40,014 nt of DNA from an uncultured Acidobacteriaceae bacterium (GCA_964250995.1 CAXUIF010000003.1:1-40014); one strand, 5' to 3'; shown: positions 8,703-18,908, counted from the first letter of the stretch. The notes: generated from the sequence alone by a model not told the origin. Program-made: numbers and translations.

Positions 8703-11471
8703 ATGCAGAGCCTCACCGCAGTGGCCGCCCTCGCGGCACTTGCGCTCCCCCGCGGCTACGCGCAGGTCGCGACGCCACCCTCGGCGGCACCGGCATGCCA
8801 CGGCGCGCAGACCCTCACGCTGTCCGGCACCGTCCGCGACAGCACACAGGCGCTGGTCCCCGGCGCGGTGTTGCTTCTGGACGGAAGCCAAGCACTTCGC
8901 AGTGGGAGCGACGGACGTTTCCAGTTCAAATGTGTGAGCGCGGGCCCCCATACGCTTACGGTGCAGGCGGAGGGCTTCGCCGCGCAGAGCGTGCCGCTGA
9001 AGCTGCCGCGGGCCGGCGAGATGCAACTCGTGCTCAAGCCCGATACCGTGCAGATCGGCGTGGACGTCAACGCCGACGAGGTCACCGCACCCGACACCCA
9101 GGCGACCGGCGCGTCGCAGACCCTTTCCGGCAAGCAGTTGCAGTCCCTGGCCGATGATCCCGACGACCTGCAGCGTGAACTGCAGCAGCTCGGCGCCGCC
9201 AGCGGCGGCAGCCCGGCCAACACGACGATCGCGGTGGACGGCTTTCAGGACACCAGCAAGTTGCCGCCCAAGAGCTCGATTGCGTACATCAAGGTCAACC
9301 CGGACATGTACTCGGCCGAGTACCGGGAGCCGCCCTTCAACGGAGGCCGCGTGGAGGTCTATACCAAGCCGGGGCAGAGCGCGTTTCACGGTGCCCTGTT
9401 TACCACCAACAGCAGTTCCTGGATGAATGCACGGGATCCGTTTTCGACCAGCCGCGGCTCGCTGGGGAAGCAACGCTACGGCTTTGAACTCACCGGGCCG
9501 CTGCGCAAGGGGGCGGACTTCGCCCTGGATCTGGAACATCGCTCGATCGACAACGTGGGTGTGGTCAATGCGGCAACGCTCGATCGCGCCGGTCACACCG
9601 TGAGCACGCTGGCGGATGTACCGACGCCGCAACGCCTGTGGGTGGGCCAGGCACGCGTGGATTGGCAGCTGGGCGCAAAGAACACATTCATCGTGACGTA
9701 CTCGGCGGACGTCAACCATCTGGTGAACGTGGGCGTCGGGGGAACCACACTGGCCGAGGCCGGCTACGACAGCGGAAACTCCGAGCACACGTTGCGGGTA
9801 ACCGACGTGACAACGATCTCGACGCACCTGATGCATGAAGCGAGGGCGTCCCTGAGCTGGGACAGCGAGACCGATGTTCCCTCCTCCGTCGCGCCTCAGG
9901 TGCAGGTAGCAGGGGCGTTCACCGGCGGCGGCGCCTCTGTGGGCGACCAGCGTCTCCACTACCTCCGCACAGAGCTGGACGACGATGCCATCCTGACCAC
10001 GACCAGGCACACCCTGAAGTTCGGCACAGAGTTGGCCACCAATCATCACAACGACCAGCAGACGCTTGGGTTCAACGGAACTTATCAGTTCGGTGGGGGC
10101 ATAGGGCCGTTGCTGGACGCGAACGGCGTCCCCATCGGCGCGCAAACAGCAACCATCACGGGGGTGGAGCAATACCGGCGCGCGGTGCTCGGGCTACCGG
10201 GCGGCACGCCTACGGCGTTCACCGGGGTTACCGGCACGCCGTCGCTTTCGTTCACGCAGATCCGGGACGCGCTGTTTATCCAGGACGACTGGAACGTGGG
10301 CAAAGGTGTGCACCTGTCCACGGGGTTGCGATACTTCTGGCAGGATGATCCGGTGACCCTGGATGGGCTTACGCCGCGAGCGGGCCTCTTGTGGTCGCCC
10401 ACCAAGAAAGGTACCTGGACCTTGCACGCGCATGCGGGCTTATTTGCCACGCAGTTCCAGGGGCGGGACTGGATGGAGATTCTGCGGGAAGACGGCACCG
10501 CCCGGATTACCAGCACGGTGTACAACCCGGCGTATTGCGGGCCGCAAAGCGGGACCACCTGCAGCCCGCTCACCGGCGGCACCGTGATCCGGAGCCTGCG
10601 CACCATCAGTCCTCACCTCAGCAACGGCAGCTACGCCATTGAAAACATCGGCGGGACGCGCACCCTTCCGTTTGGCTGGAACTTGTCGCTGGATTACTAC
10701 ATCGGGCGGCTGTGGAACATCGGCAGAACCCTCAACGTGAACTCGCCGTTCAGCGGCAATCCGACGGGGCCGCGGCCGCTCACGCCGAACGTCAATGTGC
10801 TCCAGGTGCAGGCCAGCGGCCAGGGACGTGCCAACGTTGTCTTTGCCGGGATCGAGCAGCACACGCTCAAGCGGGTGCAACTGTTCTTTGGCGGAGTGCG
10901 GGTCAACCTGGTGGACGATACGGACGACAGCACCTTTTTTCAGCCGCAGAGCGCTTACACCGATGCAGGCGAGTTTGCGCATCGCAGCAATCAACCGGTG
11001 TGGAACCTGTTTGGCAATGCAAGCCTGACGTTGCCGCGCAAGGTCATCCTGAGCGGCGACTTTCATGGCGGGGGCGATGGGCACTACAACATCACCACAG
11101 GCTTCGACAACAACGGCGACGGCAACTTCAACGACCGCCCGCAGTATGCGCCCCCGGGCACACCAGGGGCGATCCCGACGCGCTACGGCTTGCTGCTGGC
11201 GACGGGAGGCACGGGGGTCCTGCAGCGCAACCTGGGCGTGCTCCCCTGGCAGTTCTACCTGGATGCCAACCTCCAGCGCGCCTTCACTCTCACGCACAAT
11301 GCGAAAGCCGAGCACCAGCAAACGCTGACCGTGAATCTGCGCTCCGCGAATGCGCTGAACCACACCAACGTGACCCAGGTCGGTGGCGTGTTGGGGTCGC
11401 CCTTCTTCGGGATGCCGTTCCAGGCCGACAACGGACGTCGCGTGGAGGCTGGGTTGCGGTACAGCTTTTAG
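8703..11471 (+). CDS. TonB-dependent receptor-like (Oar-type) outer membrane protein with CarboxypepD_reg N-domain
   Basis: Signal peptide from ATG 8703 (GGAG at 8691). LSGTVRD...VPGA...DGRFQF...AEGF domain, FIQDDW, DNNGDGNFNDRP, C-terminal GLRYSF barrel signature. Confidence 0.85.
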   Translation: MQSLTAVAALAALALPRGYAQVATPPSAAPACHGAQTLTLSGTVRDSTQALVPGAVLLLDGSQALRSGSDGRFQFKCVSAGPHTLTVQAEGFAAQSVPLKLPRAGEMQLVLKPDTVQIGVDVNADEVTAPDTQATGASQTLSGKQLQSLADDPDDLQRELQQLGAASGGSPANTTIAVDGFQDTSKLPPKSSIAYIKVNPDMYSAEYREPPFNGGRVEVYTKPGQSAFHGALFTTNSSSWMNARDPFSTSRGSLGKQRYGFELTGPLRKGADFALDLEHRSIDNVGVVNAATLDRAGHTVSTLADVPTPQRLWVGQARVDWQLGAKNTFIVTYSADVNHLVNVGVGGTTLAEAGYDSGNSEHTLRVTDVTTISTHLMHEARASLSWDSETDVPSSVAPQVQVAGAFTGGGASVGDQRLHYLRTELDDDAILTTTRHTLKFGTELATNHHNDQQTLGFNGTYQFGGGIGPLLDANGVPIGAQTATITGVEQYRRAVLGLPGGTPTAFTGVTGTPSLSFTQIRDALFIQDDWNVGKGVHLSTGLRYFWQDDPVTLDGLTPRAGLLWSPTKKGTWTLHAHAGLFATQFQGRDWMEILREDGTARITSTVYNPAYCGPQSGTTCSPLTGGTVIRSLRTISPHLSNGSYAIENIGGTRTLPFGWNLSLDYYIGRLWNIGRTLNVNSPFSGNPTGPRPLTPNVNVLQVQASGQGRANVVFAGIEQHTLKRVQLFFGGVRVNLVDDTDDSTFFQPQSAYTDAGEFAHRSNQPVWNLFGNASLTLPRKVILSGDFHGGGDGHYNITTGFDNNGDGNFNDRPQYAPPGTPGAIPTRYGLLLATGGTGVLQRNLGVLPWQFYLDANLQRAFTLTHNAKAEHQQTLTVNLRSANALNHTNVTQVGGVLGSPFFGMPFQADNGRRVEAGLRYSF

Positions 11472-11505
11472 CTGTGAAAGCTGGCGGAGTTTGCCTTCGC
11501 TGCCC

Positions 11506-11514
11506 TGCTAGGCT
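11506..11514 (+). promoter_or_regulatory. Extended -10 (TGcTAGGCT) 8 nt before valS ATG
   Basis: TGcTAGGCT-ggaagtct-ATG; near-leaderless. Confidence 0.5.
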
Positions 11515-11522
11515 GGAAGTCT

Positions 11523-14324
11523 ATGAATGCTGAGCTTCCGAAGGCATACGATCCTGCGGCGATCGAAGAAAAGTGGGCGCGGTACTGGATCGAGGAACAA
11601 CTTTTTGCGGTAGAGACGCCCTCTTCGTTGGAAGCAGGCGGCCAGGGCCGGTTCGTGCAGCTGCTGCCCCCGCCCAACGTCACCGGACGTCTGCACATGG
11701 GGCACATGCTCAACCAGACCGAGATGGACATTCTGGCCCGCTGGCACCGCATGCGGGGTGAACGCAGCGTGTGGGTGCCGGGCACCGATCATGCCGGTAT
11801 CGCAACCCAGATGATGGTGGAGCGACAGTTGCAGGCCGAAGGTGGCCCAACCCGGCAGGAGTTGGGACGAGAGGCCTTCACCCAGCGCGTATGGACCTGG
11901 AAACAGGAGTACGGCGGCGCGATCACAGAGCAGATGCGGCGCCTCGGCGCCAGTGTGGACTGGACTCGCGAATACTTCACGATGGACGACCGGCTGAGCC
12001 GGGCGGTGCGTGCGGCGTTCGTTCGCCTGTGGGACCAGGGCCTGATCTACCGCGGGGCATACATCGTGAATTGGGATCCTCAGCTGCAGTCCGCGGTTTC
12101 GGATCTGGAGGTGGTGCATGAGGAGCGCGCGGGCAAGCTGTACGAGATACGGTATCCCTTGGCGGACGGCTCCGGATCGATCACCATTGCGACCACGCGC
12201 CCGGAGACGATGCTGGGCGATGTGGCTGTTGCCGTCAATCCATCCGACGAGCGCTATAGGGCGATGGTCGGCAAGAGGCTGGTGCTGCCTCTGGTAGGAC
12301 GCGAAATTCCCGTCATAGCCGATGCGTGGGCGAATCCGGAGTTTGGGACCGGAGCCGTAAAGGTGACGCCGGCGCATGACCCGAACGACTTTGCGATCGG
12401 CCAGCGGCACAGCCTGCCGCAGCTGACCATCATGGACGAGCGCGCGCGCATCGCGCTGCCGGGATCGCCCTACGACGGGCTGGACCGTTACGAGGCGCGA
12501 GAACGCGTGCTGACGGACCTGCAAGCCACAGGAGCGCTCGTCGGCGTGAAGGATCATGCGATGGCCGTGGCGACCAGTCAGCGCACGGGCGCGACGATCG
12601 AGCCACGGTTGTCCATGCAGTGGTTTTTGGCCGTGAACAAAGAGCCTGCCACCGGCGGCGAAAGCATTGCGGCCAAGGCGATTGCGGCGGTGCGCGACGG
12701 CCAGGTCCGGTTCACGCCGGAGAACTATGCCAAGACCTACTTCGAGTGGATGAACAACCTGCACGACTGGTGCCTGTCGCGGCAGTTGTGGTGGGGCCAT
12801 CGTATCCCGGCATGGCATTGTGGGGCCTGCGGCAGGATCACCGTCACAGTCGATACGCCAGGATCGTGTTCCGGGTGCGGCATCACGGACATTCGGCAGG
12901 AGACCGACGTGCTGGACACCTGGTTCAGCTCGGGGCTGCTTTCCTTCACCGTCTTCGGATGGGATGGCACCGATGCGCTGACGGCAGACCTGGCGCGCTT
13001 CTACCCCACCGATCTGCTGGTCACAGGCTTCGACATTCTGTTCTTCTGGGTGGCGCGCATGATCATGCTGGGCTGCCATCTCATGGCGGAGGTCCCCATG
13101 CGCGACGGCAGCCGCCGGTCGCTGGCCGAGACGGTCCCGTTTCGCGAGGTCTACATCCACGGTCTGATCCGCGATGCCAACCGGGAAAAGATGTCCAAAA
13201 CCAAAGGCAATGTGATCGATCCGATCGCGATCATCACCCAGTATGGGACCGACGCCGTGCGCTTCACGCTCGCGTCCCAAGCCTCGCCCGGAACCGACAT
13301 CGCGTTCAGTGAAGCGCGCACCGAGGGCTATCGCGCGTTTGCCAACAAGATCTGGAATGCAGCACGTTTTCTGGCACTGCAGCTGGAGCGCGGACGCGAG
13401 GCGGGGTACCGGGTCTCGCTCCAAACGCCGCTCGCGGGCGACACTGGCCAGCCAACGGCCCTGCCCGACGACACACCACTCGAGACGCGCTGGATCTTTG
13501 CGCGCCTTCACGCCGTGGCCGCCAGTGTTCACCGGTCCCTTGGAGAGTACCGGTTCGACGAGGCAGCACAGGCCGTATACCAGTTTTTCTGGGGCGAATT
13601 CTGCGATTGGTACGTTGAGCTTGCAAAGATTCGTTTGGATTTTGCCGGCGAAAAGACTCCCGCGGTCGCGCTGACCCTGGGCGCGCTCGTAAGCGCCTTT
13701 GAAGCGGCGCTGCGGCTGCTCTCCCCCTTCATGCCCTTCCTTACCGAAGAGCTTTGGCACGCGCTGCATGGGCAGGTAGGGACGGCGGTGCCGGCCAGAT
13801 CGATCGCGCTGACGCGCTATCCGCAGCCGGAAGACTTCGCTTCCGAAGCGGCGAGCGTTGCCGCCATGCAGACCCTGCAGGAGCTGGTGGTCACCGTGCG
13901 CGGACTGCGTAAAGAGCTGGGCGTACCGGAAAAAGAGACGGCTCCCATCGAGGTGCATGCCGCCGACCGCGTCGGTGCCCTCGTGGACGCGCATGCCGAT
14001 CTGCTGGCACGTCTGGCGCGTGTAAGCGGTGTGACGCTGGCCAGCGAACCGCTTACCGGCAACAACGCTCGCTCAACGGCATCGTTCGACGTGGCGGTGC
14101 TGTACCAACGGCAGGTGGACGTCGGCGCGGAGCGGGAACGGCTCACCAAGGAGCTGGCCAAGCTGGACAAAGGGCTGACGGCTGCGGAAAAGCAGCTAGG
14201 CAGCGAAAGCTTTCTCGCCAAGGCGCCGGTCCACATTGTGGAGGGGCTCAGGAAGCAGTCTGCTGAGATCATGGCGTTGAAGCAGAAGGCCGAGGCGGCG
14301 CTGCACGCGTTGCCTGCGGCTTGA
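11523..14324 (+). CDS. valS: Valine--tRNA ligase
   Basis: PPPNVTGRLHMGH (HIGH), GTDHAGIATQ, DWCLSRQLWWGHRIP, DVLDTWFSS, KMSK, C-terminal coiled coil. Confidence 0.98.
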   Translation: MNAELPKAYDPAAIEEKWARYWIEEQLFAVETPSSLEAGGQGRFVQLLPPPNVTGRLHMGHMLNQTEMDILARWHRMRGERSVWVPGTDHAGIATQMMVERQLQAEGGPTRQELGREAFTQRVWTWKQEYGGAITEQMRRLGASVDWTREYFTMDDRLSRAVRAAFVRLWDQGLIYRGAYIVNWDPQLQSAVSDLEVVHEERAGKLYEIRYPLADGSGSITIATTRPETMLGDVAVAVNPSDERYRAMVGKRLVLPLVGREIPVIADAWANPEFGTGAVKVTPAHDPNDFAIGQRHSLPQLTIMDERARIALPGSPYDGLDRYEARERVLTDLQATGALVGVKDHAMAVATSQRTGATIEPRLSMQWFLAVNKEPATGGESIAAKAIAAVRDGQVRFTPENYAKTYFEWMNNLHDWCLSRQLWWGHRIPAWHCGACGRITVTVDTPGSCSGCGITDIRQETDVLDTWFSSGLLSFTVFGWDGTDALTADLARFYPTDLLVTGFDILFFWVARMIMLGCHLMAEVPMRDGSRRSLAETVPFREVYIHGLIRDANREKMSKTKGNVIDPIAIITQYGTDAVRFTLASQASPGTDIAFSEARTEGYRAFANKIWNAARFLALQLERGREAGYRVSLQTPLAGDTGQPTALPDDTPLETRWIFARLHAVAASVHRSLGEYRFDEAAQAVYQFFWGEFCDWYVELAKIRLDFAGEKTPAVALTLGALVSAFEAALRLLSPFMPFLTEELWHALHGQVGTAVPARSIALTRYPQPEDFASEAASVAAMQTLQELVVTVRGLRKELGVPEKETAPIEVHAADRVGALVDAHADLLARLARVSGVTLASEPLTGNNARSTASFDVAVLYQRQVDVGAERERLTKELAKLDKGLTAAEKQLGSESFLAKAPVHIVEGLRKQSAEIMALKQKAEAALHALPAA

Positions 14325-14547
14325 GCCTTCTGCGCTGATCAGGTGGACTGACTAGATGGACTGAACAGCTGACTGCTCGATCCAGCATCCATAGCAGCCC
14401 CGAGACGGTCACCCCTAAGCAGTCCCTACAACCCCCAAAGAGGGGAAGTTCTGCTTTGGCGGGTCGCGTACTACAGCACACCCGCACCGGCCATCATGAA
14501 CCAGGCCTACTATCCCAGCAAAGCGCGCGCGGGGCGGGGCCGGGACG

Positions 14548-15039
14548 TCAAAGGTCGAGGTCGCGGATACGCCGAGCGGGCGTGCCCGCGTACAGACCAT
14601 TCGATTCGGTACTTTTCAGAACCAGGGACATGGCCGCGATCACACATCCCTTCCCTATGGTGACGCCCGGCATGATGGTGACGCCGGAGCCGATCCAGCA
14701 GCCATCGCCGATCGCTACCGGCTTGCTAACGACCTCGATAAGGCAGCGCTGATGTGGCGGGCCGATGTCATGAGTGGCCGTGATGATCCGCACATAGGGC
14801 CCAATGCGCACATCGCACCCGACCTCGAGCCACTCATAGCCATCATGGTAAAACCCCACGTTGATAAAAACGCCCGACCCTATCCTGATCCGCTTGGAAC
14901 GCAGGTTGGCCCCGGCCCAGATCGTCGTCTTCCGGGATATATCGAAACCCGCAAGACGCATCGCCCTTGTGCGTAGGGATACCGGCAGCAACTCGCTGCC
15001 TAGAAACGCGTTTGCCACGCGATAGCTGTAATTGCCCAA
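14548..15039 (-). CDS. Hexapeptide-repeat (LbH) acyltransferase, maltose/sugar O-acetyltransferase-like
   Basis: IGSGVFIN, IITATHDIG, PVAIGDGCWIGSGVTIMPGVTIGKGCVIAA, YAGTPARRIRDL. AAGGAGG RBS before TTG. Confidence 0.9.
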   Translation of the reverse strand: MGNYSYRVANAFLGSELLPVSLRTRAMRLAGFDISRKTTIWAGANLRSKRIRIGSGVFINVGFYHDGYEWLEVGCDVRIGPYVRIITATHDIGPPHQRCLIEVVSKPVAIGDGCWIGSGVTIMPGVTIGKGCVIAAMSLVLKSTESNGLYAGTPARRIRDLDL

Positions 15040-15517
15040 GAACCCTCCTTGAAAGAACGGCAGAAGCGCTGCCTCACCTCACTCCGTTCCGCTGTAGGTG
15101 CGCGACGTCACGGAGGAACGTCAAGGCGCATCGGTTCTACCTGATCCTAGCCTAAGAGCTCTGACATGAGTGCTGGGTTCAAGCCGGTAAGTAAGAAGGT
15201 GGATTTCAGGACAGACACGCCTTTAGTAACTAGGTGGGAAGTCCACGGTTTGCATCATGGCAGGCTTTGGTAACTAAGCTGTCCCTCTACGGCGCGTCTT
15301 TGTTGCCTAAATTGTTTTTCCCAGAGCACAACTAGTTGAGAAAGCCCTGAATTTACGCAGAATGCCCGGCAATGGCGACACCAGGTGCAAAGAGGAGGCT
15401 ATCTCATAGTAGGTTGTAGATACTCCCCTTCTAAGAGCCTAACGACGGCTCTTCGTCGCACCTGACTGCCTTGGGCCCGAGATTAAACTGAGCCACTGCT
15501 AAGGAGAACTCTTTCGA

Positions 15518-15820
15518 ATGCCTGCCAATGTTTCCTCTGTTAGGAACATCACCTCCGCACATCGACCGGCGATGTACCTGATTCAAGCGAAAGCCCAACC
15601 CCGATTAGCCCTCGATATCAGCAGCCGATTCGGCCTGCGCCTTCGGCAATTGCGTAACGAACGAAGCCTCACCCAGTTGCGCATGGCTGTCGATTTCGGC
15701 ATCGACCGAAGCTACATCTCCGACGTGGAGCGGGGATGCAAGGCGATTTCCCTTCCCATGCTGGAGATCATTGCGCTGGGCTTCAAGATGAGTCTGTCGG
15801 AGTTGTTTCGGAACCTGTAG
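15518..15820 (+). CDS. XRE/Cro-CI family helix-turn-helix regulator
   Basis: FGLRLRQLR...LTQ...GIDRSYISDVERG...ISL..LE.IA...SLSELF. AAGGAG at 15501. Alternative start at 15572. Confidence 0.88.
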   Translation: MPANVSSVRNITSAHRPAMYLIQAKAQPRLALDISSRFGLRLRQLRNERSLTQLRMAVDFGIDRSYISDVERGCKAISLPMLEIIALGFKMSLSELFRNL

Positions 15821-16008
15821 CCCTCGAGTACAGGATCGCACGCCCCTGCGTCGCCACAGGGTGACGCCCAGGGCATCACCAACAGCGCCGGCAGCAAGGA
15901 GCGAGCAACTCAGGAGAAGGTCACCCAGAGCTAGCTGCACAGCGCTGGAGCCATGGTGGCTCGCGCACAGCGGACAGTGCCTCGCTTGTAGAGCCGTCAT
16001 GAGAGAAG

Positions 16009-16038
16009 GAAAGGCGCTACCGGAAGGCAGCGCCTTTC
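16009..16038 (-). terminator. Rho-independent terminator for the minus-strand small-gene cluster
   Basis: Minus strand gaaaggcgctgcc-ttcc-ggtagcgcctttc (13-bp stem, one G-U) followed by pyrimidine-rich cttctctc. Confidence 0.6.
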
Positions 16039-16093
16039 ACGTATTCGAACGGCTTAGCGAGAATCTCGCGATCGCTCTCGCAACTACGCCCTC

Positions 16094-16384
16094 TTATTGG
16101 CCCCGGGTGCCCGAATCGCCGCGCAGGCCTGCGCCCGCACCGCGGTTGTTGTCCGCGCCGCGATTCAGGCGGTGGCTCCGTTCCTCTTCTGCGGTGATCA
16201 GGGCCCGCTCGTTTTCTGCAGGTTTGGTGTGCGGCTTGGCCCCGGCCTCGTGCGCCGCGGGCGAGTGAGCATGCACGCTGCCTGCACCCGGAACAGCGTC
16301 GTTTTCCCCTGTGGTGTGCGCATCGTTTTCGCGCATGGCGGCGAGCGACTCTTTGCTGGCTGAATGACTGTGTTCTTTGGACAT
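16094..16384 (-). CDS. Small hydrophilic hypothetical protein (MSKEHSHS...)
   Basis: GGGAG RBS before ATG 16384, 2 nt after the stop of the upstream gene. Charged, Gly/Ala/His-rich. Confidence 0.65.
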   Translation of the reverse strand: MSKEHSHSASKESLAAMRENDAHTTGENDAVPGAGSVHAHSPAAHEAGAKPHTKPAENERALITAEEERSHRLNRGADNNRGAGAGLRGDSGTRGQ

Positions 16385-16386
16385 CG

Positions 16387-16668
16387 TTACTCCCTTTCGC
16401 GGGCCGGTTTGACGGACGGCGCTGCTTCGTTTTGCGTTTGGCTTTGGTGACCGATGGCCGTGTTCACCGGCTCGTCGCCAAAGTCGCGGGCTCCATATTC
16501 GTAATCGGTCCCGCCGTCGGCATCCTGCGGTTGATCGGGGAGCTTGGTGCGCTCTTCGACGTCGAGTCCCCATCCCTGCTCGTGGGCGTACTCCCCCGCA
16601 AGTCCCCGGGTACGCTCACCGAAGCCGCGCGGCTCGGATGCTGGTTGCGATTTGCTTGGCTCTGCCAT
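16387..16668 (-). CDS. Small acidic hydrophilic hypothetical protein
   Basis: GAGGGA RBS. Coherent acidic protein with YAHEQGWGL and GGTDYEYGARDFGDEPV segments. Confidence 0.7.
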   Translation of the reverse strand: MAEPSKSQPASEPRGFGERTRGLAGEYAHEQGWGLDVEERTKLPDQPQDADGGTDYEYGARDFGDEPVNTAIGHQSQTQNEAAPSVKPARERE

Positions 16669-16730
16669 ACGATCCCTCTTCAGCGTTCAGATGGCGCAGC
16701 GGGAGCAGACGTTAGCTGCAGGAGCTCCGC

Positions 16731-17150
16731 CTACTGTGCCTGCGGTGAATCTGCGGGTAGTGCCTCCTGCTCCACCGCGATGGCGACGTTTTCATGCTTG
16801 ATGTCCAGGCGCAACCGGTTGTATAGGCTCATGTAGAAGTTCGCCACCCACACCACGGCAAACCACGCCACCACAAAGCCGCGCCAGCCCGTATACAGCA
16901 GCCGGTATTGAAACAAAAGGAGCGCCAGCGCAGCCACATAGTGCGAAAAGCAATACTCACAGGTAAACAGGTAAAAGAACTTCCGCTGCGGCAGCGCCTT
17001 GGCCCGTTGACTCTGCTGCTTGCAAAAGTCTCGCGGTTCCCGGAACACTTCTTCATGCGTCACCGTCCAGGCAGCGCAGGCAACCGGCAGCGCCACCATC
17101 ATCAGCATGGCGACCTGGTGGGTGAGAGGACTGGCAAGTTCAGCAGGCAT
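16731..17150 (-). CDS. Small membrane protein with CxxC (DUF1360-like)
   Basis: Start at MPAELASP. About three hydrophobic segments, E.VFREPR and YLFTCEYCFSHY motifs. The ORF-track extension to 17723 overlaps birA. Confidence 0.75.
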   Translation of the reverse strand: MPAELASPLTHQVAMLMMVALPVACAAWTVTHEEVFREPRDFCKQQSQRAKALPQRKFFYLFTCEYCFSHYVAALALLLFQYRLLYTGWRGFVVAWFAVVWVANFYMSLYNRLRLDIKHENVAIAVEQEALPADSPQAQ

Positions 17151-17207
17151 GGGGGAACCCCGGGGGCATCGCTGGTTGGATGCAGGCCCCGCCCCCAGGG
17201 TGCGCGG

Positions 17208-17213
17208 TAGGAT
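17208..17213 (+). promoter_or_regulatory. -10 box TAGGAT 6 nt before birA ATG (leaderless)
   Basis: TAGGAT-gagccg-ATG(17220). Confidence 0.55.
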
Positions 17214-17219
17214 GAGCCG

Positions 17220-18074
17220 ATGATCAGGAGCGTACGCCAAGGCAACACCATCGACGCCCCGGACGTGAACGCGGCACTGGCGCACACGGTGCTGAGCGGC
17301 AGCGTGCAGCACTTTGCCGAGCTCGTCTCCACAAATGATGCGGCGCTCCAAGCCGCGCAGGCCGGCGTGCGGCATGGCGTCTGGGTAGCGGACGCCCAGA
17401 CAGCGGGCCGCGGACGTGGCGGACACAGCTGGCACTCGGCCCCGGGCGACGGTCTCTACGTGAGTGCCCTGTTCTCGCCGCAACTTCCCGCCGCGGCGTT
17501 TGACCTGTCGCTTGCAGCCGGGCTGGCCGCATGGGACGCGGTGCGCGAGGTGACGGGCCTTACCGCCGACATCCGCTGGCCCAACGACCTCGTCACTCGC
17601 GATGTGCGGGGCAGTCGAAAGCTCGGCGGTGTGCTGGTGGAAGCGGCGGTACGCCCGCAGGAAGACCATGAGCCCGCCATGCTGAAGTATGCCGTAATCG
17701 GGATCGGGCTCAATGTGGCGCATCGTGCGTTTCCTCCGGAGCTGGCCGGCACAGCGACGTCACTGTTCCTGGAGGGCTGGCAGAGTCCTGACCGGCAACC
17801 GCTGTTGATCGCACTGCTCGATCACCTGTGCCTGAATGTGCGCAAACTCGAGGACGCCTACGCAGGGCGCGACCGCGGACCGGGAGTGCTGGCCCGGCTT
17901 GAGCAAGCCTCCACCTGGGTCCGCGGCAAACGCGTCCATGTGCCGGAGGACGGCGGCTATACTGGCGTGACGGCCGGGCTGGACGCGCAGGGCTTTCTGC
18001 GGGTGTGGTGCGAGCGCGGCGGCGAGCCGGGACGAGAACGAACGGTGCGCTCGGGCGGCGTGCGCGAGCTCTAG
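17220..18074 (+). CDS. birA: Biotin--[acetyl-CoA carboxylase] ligase, no N-terminal HTH
   Basis: STND, QTAGRGRGGHSW.S, RWPNDL, KLGGVLVE, IGIGLNV. Confidence 0.93.
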   Translation: MIRSVRQGNTIDAPDVNAALAHTVLSGSVQHFAELVSTNDAALQAAQAGVRHGVWVADAQTAGRGRGGHSWHSAPGDGLYVSALFSPQLPAAAFDLSLAAGLAAWDAVREVTGLTADIRWPNDLVTRDVRGSRKLGGVLVEAAVRPQEDHEPAMLKYAVIGIGLNVAHRAFPPELAGTATSLFLEGWQSPDRQPLLIALLDHLCLNVRKLEDAYAGRDRGPGVLARLEQASTWVRGKRVHVPEDGGYTGVTAGLDAQGFLRVWCERGGEPGRERTVRSGGVREL

Positions 18075-18104
18075 CCGGGATCTTGCGGAAACGGAAAAGC
18101 CTCA

Positions 18105-18908
18105 ATGCTGTTAGCGGTAGATGTGGGCAACACCAACACCGTGATGGGCGTGTTTGCCGGGACGGAGGCGGCGGAACCGGGCCGCGTGCTCGCCGATTGG
18201 CGAATCACCACACCCTACCGGCAAACGGCCGATGAGATCGGCGTCCTGCTCAACGCCTTGTTCACCCTGCACGGGTTGAAGACGGGCGACGTCTCGGGTG
18301 TGGCGATCTCCTCGGTGGTGCCGCCGCTCGACGCTACCCTGCGCCGGCTGTTTGAAAGCACCTTCCGCGTACGCCCACTTTTCGTCGAGCCGGGGGTCAA
18401 GACCGGCGTACCTGTGCTGACCGACAATCCCAATGAAGCCGGGGCGGACCGCATCGTGAACTGCGTGGCCGCGTTTGAGTTGCTGGGGGGGCCGGCCATC
18501 GTGGTGGACCTGGGCACGGCGACCACGTTTGACGTGGTGTCGCGAAAGGGCGAGTTCTTGGGAGGCGCCATCGCGCCGGGCCTGGGGATCTCTGCGGAGG
18601 CGCTGTTCACTCGCGCGGCCCGGTTGACCCGTGTCGAGATCAAGAAGCCCCCCAAGATCATCGGCACTAACACCACCGACAACCTCCAGATCGGGCTCTA
18701 CTACGGGTACATTGGGCTGGTCGACGGCATCCTGGCCCGCATGCTCGACGAACTCGGGCCGGATACAAAGACCGTAGCCACTGGCGGGCTCGCGGGTCTC
18801 ATTGCGCCCGATTGCAAGTATGTGCAGCGGGTCGAGCCCATGCTGACCCTCAACGGCCTGCGACTGATCTGGGAGCGCAATCAGGAGCGTGCGCGGGGCC
18901 GTAAGTAA
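18105..18908 (+). CDS. coaX: Type III pantothenate kinase
   Basis: DVGNTN, ISSVVP, GADRIVN, VDLGTATTFD, GGAIAPG, ATGG. birA-coaX synteny. Confidence 0.96.
   Translation: MLLAVDVGNTNTVMGVFAGTEAAEPGRVLADWRITTPYRQTADEIGVLLNALFTLHGLKTGDVSGVAISSVVPPLDATLRRLFESTFRVRPLFVEPGVKTGVPVLTDNPNEAGADRIVNCVAAFELLGGPAIVVDLGTATTFDVVSRKGEFLGGAIAPGLGISAEALFTRAARLTRVEIKKPPKIIGTNTTDNLQIGLYYGYIGLVDGILARMLDELGPDTKTVATGGLAGLIAPDCKYVQRVEPMLTLNGLRLIWERNQERARGRK

Noticed and set aside
11472-11522. T-box before valS
   Set aside because: The intergenic region is only 51 bp and has no T-box motif.
5712-13994. Long antisense ORFs (5712-7643, 7815-10172, 11508-13994)
   Set aside because: Shadow frames opposite well-supported genes, expected in high-GC DNA, with no recognisable motifs.
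15518-15820. Restriction-modification or toxin-antitoxin system around the XRE gene
   Set aside because: No adjacent methylase, nuclease or toxin ORF, and no clear C-box.
15605-16000. Minus-strand ORF with CPLC
   Set aside because: Overlaps the XRE gene antisense, starts just after a terminator, and has no family motif.
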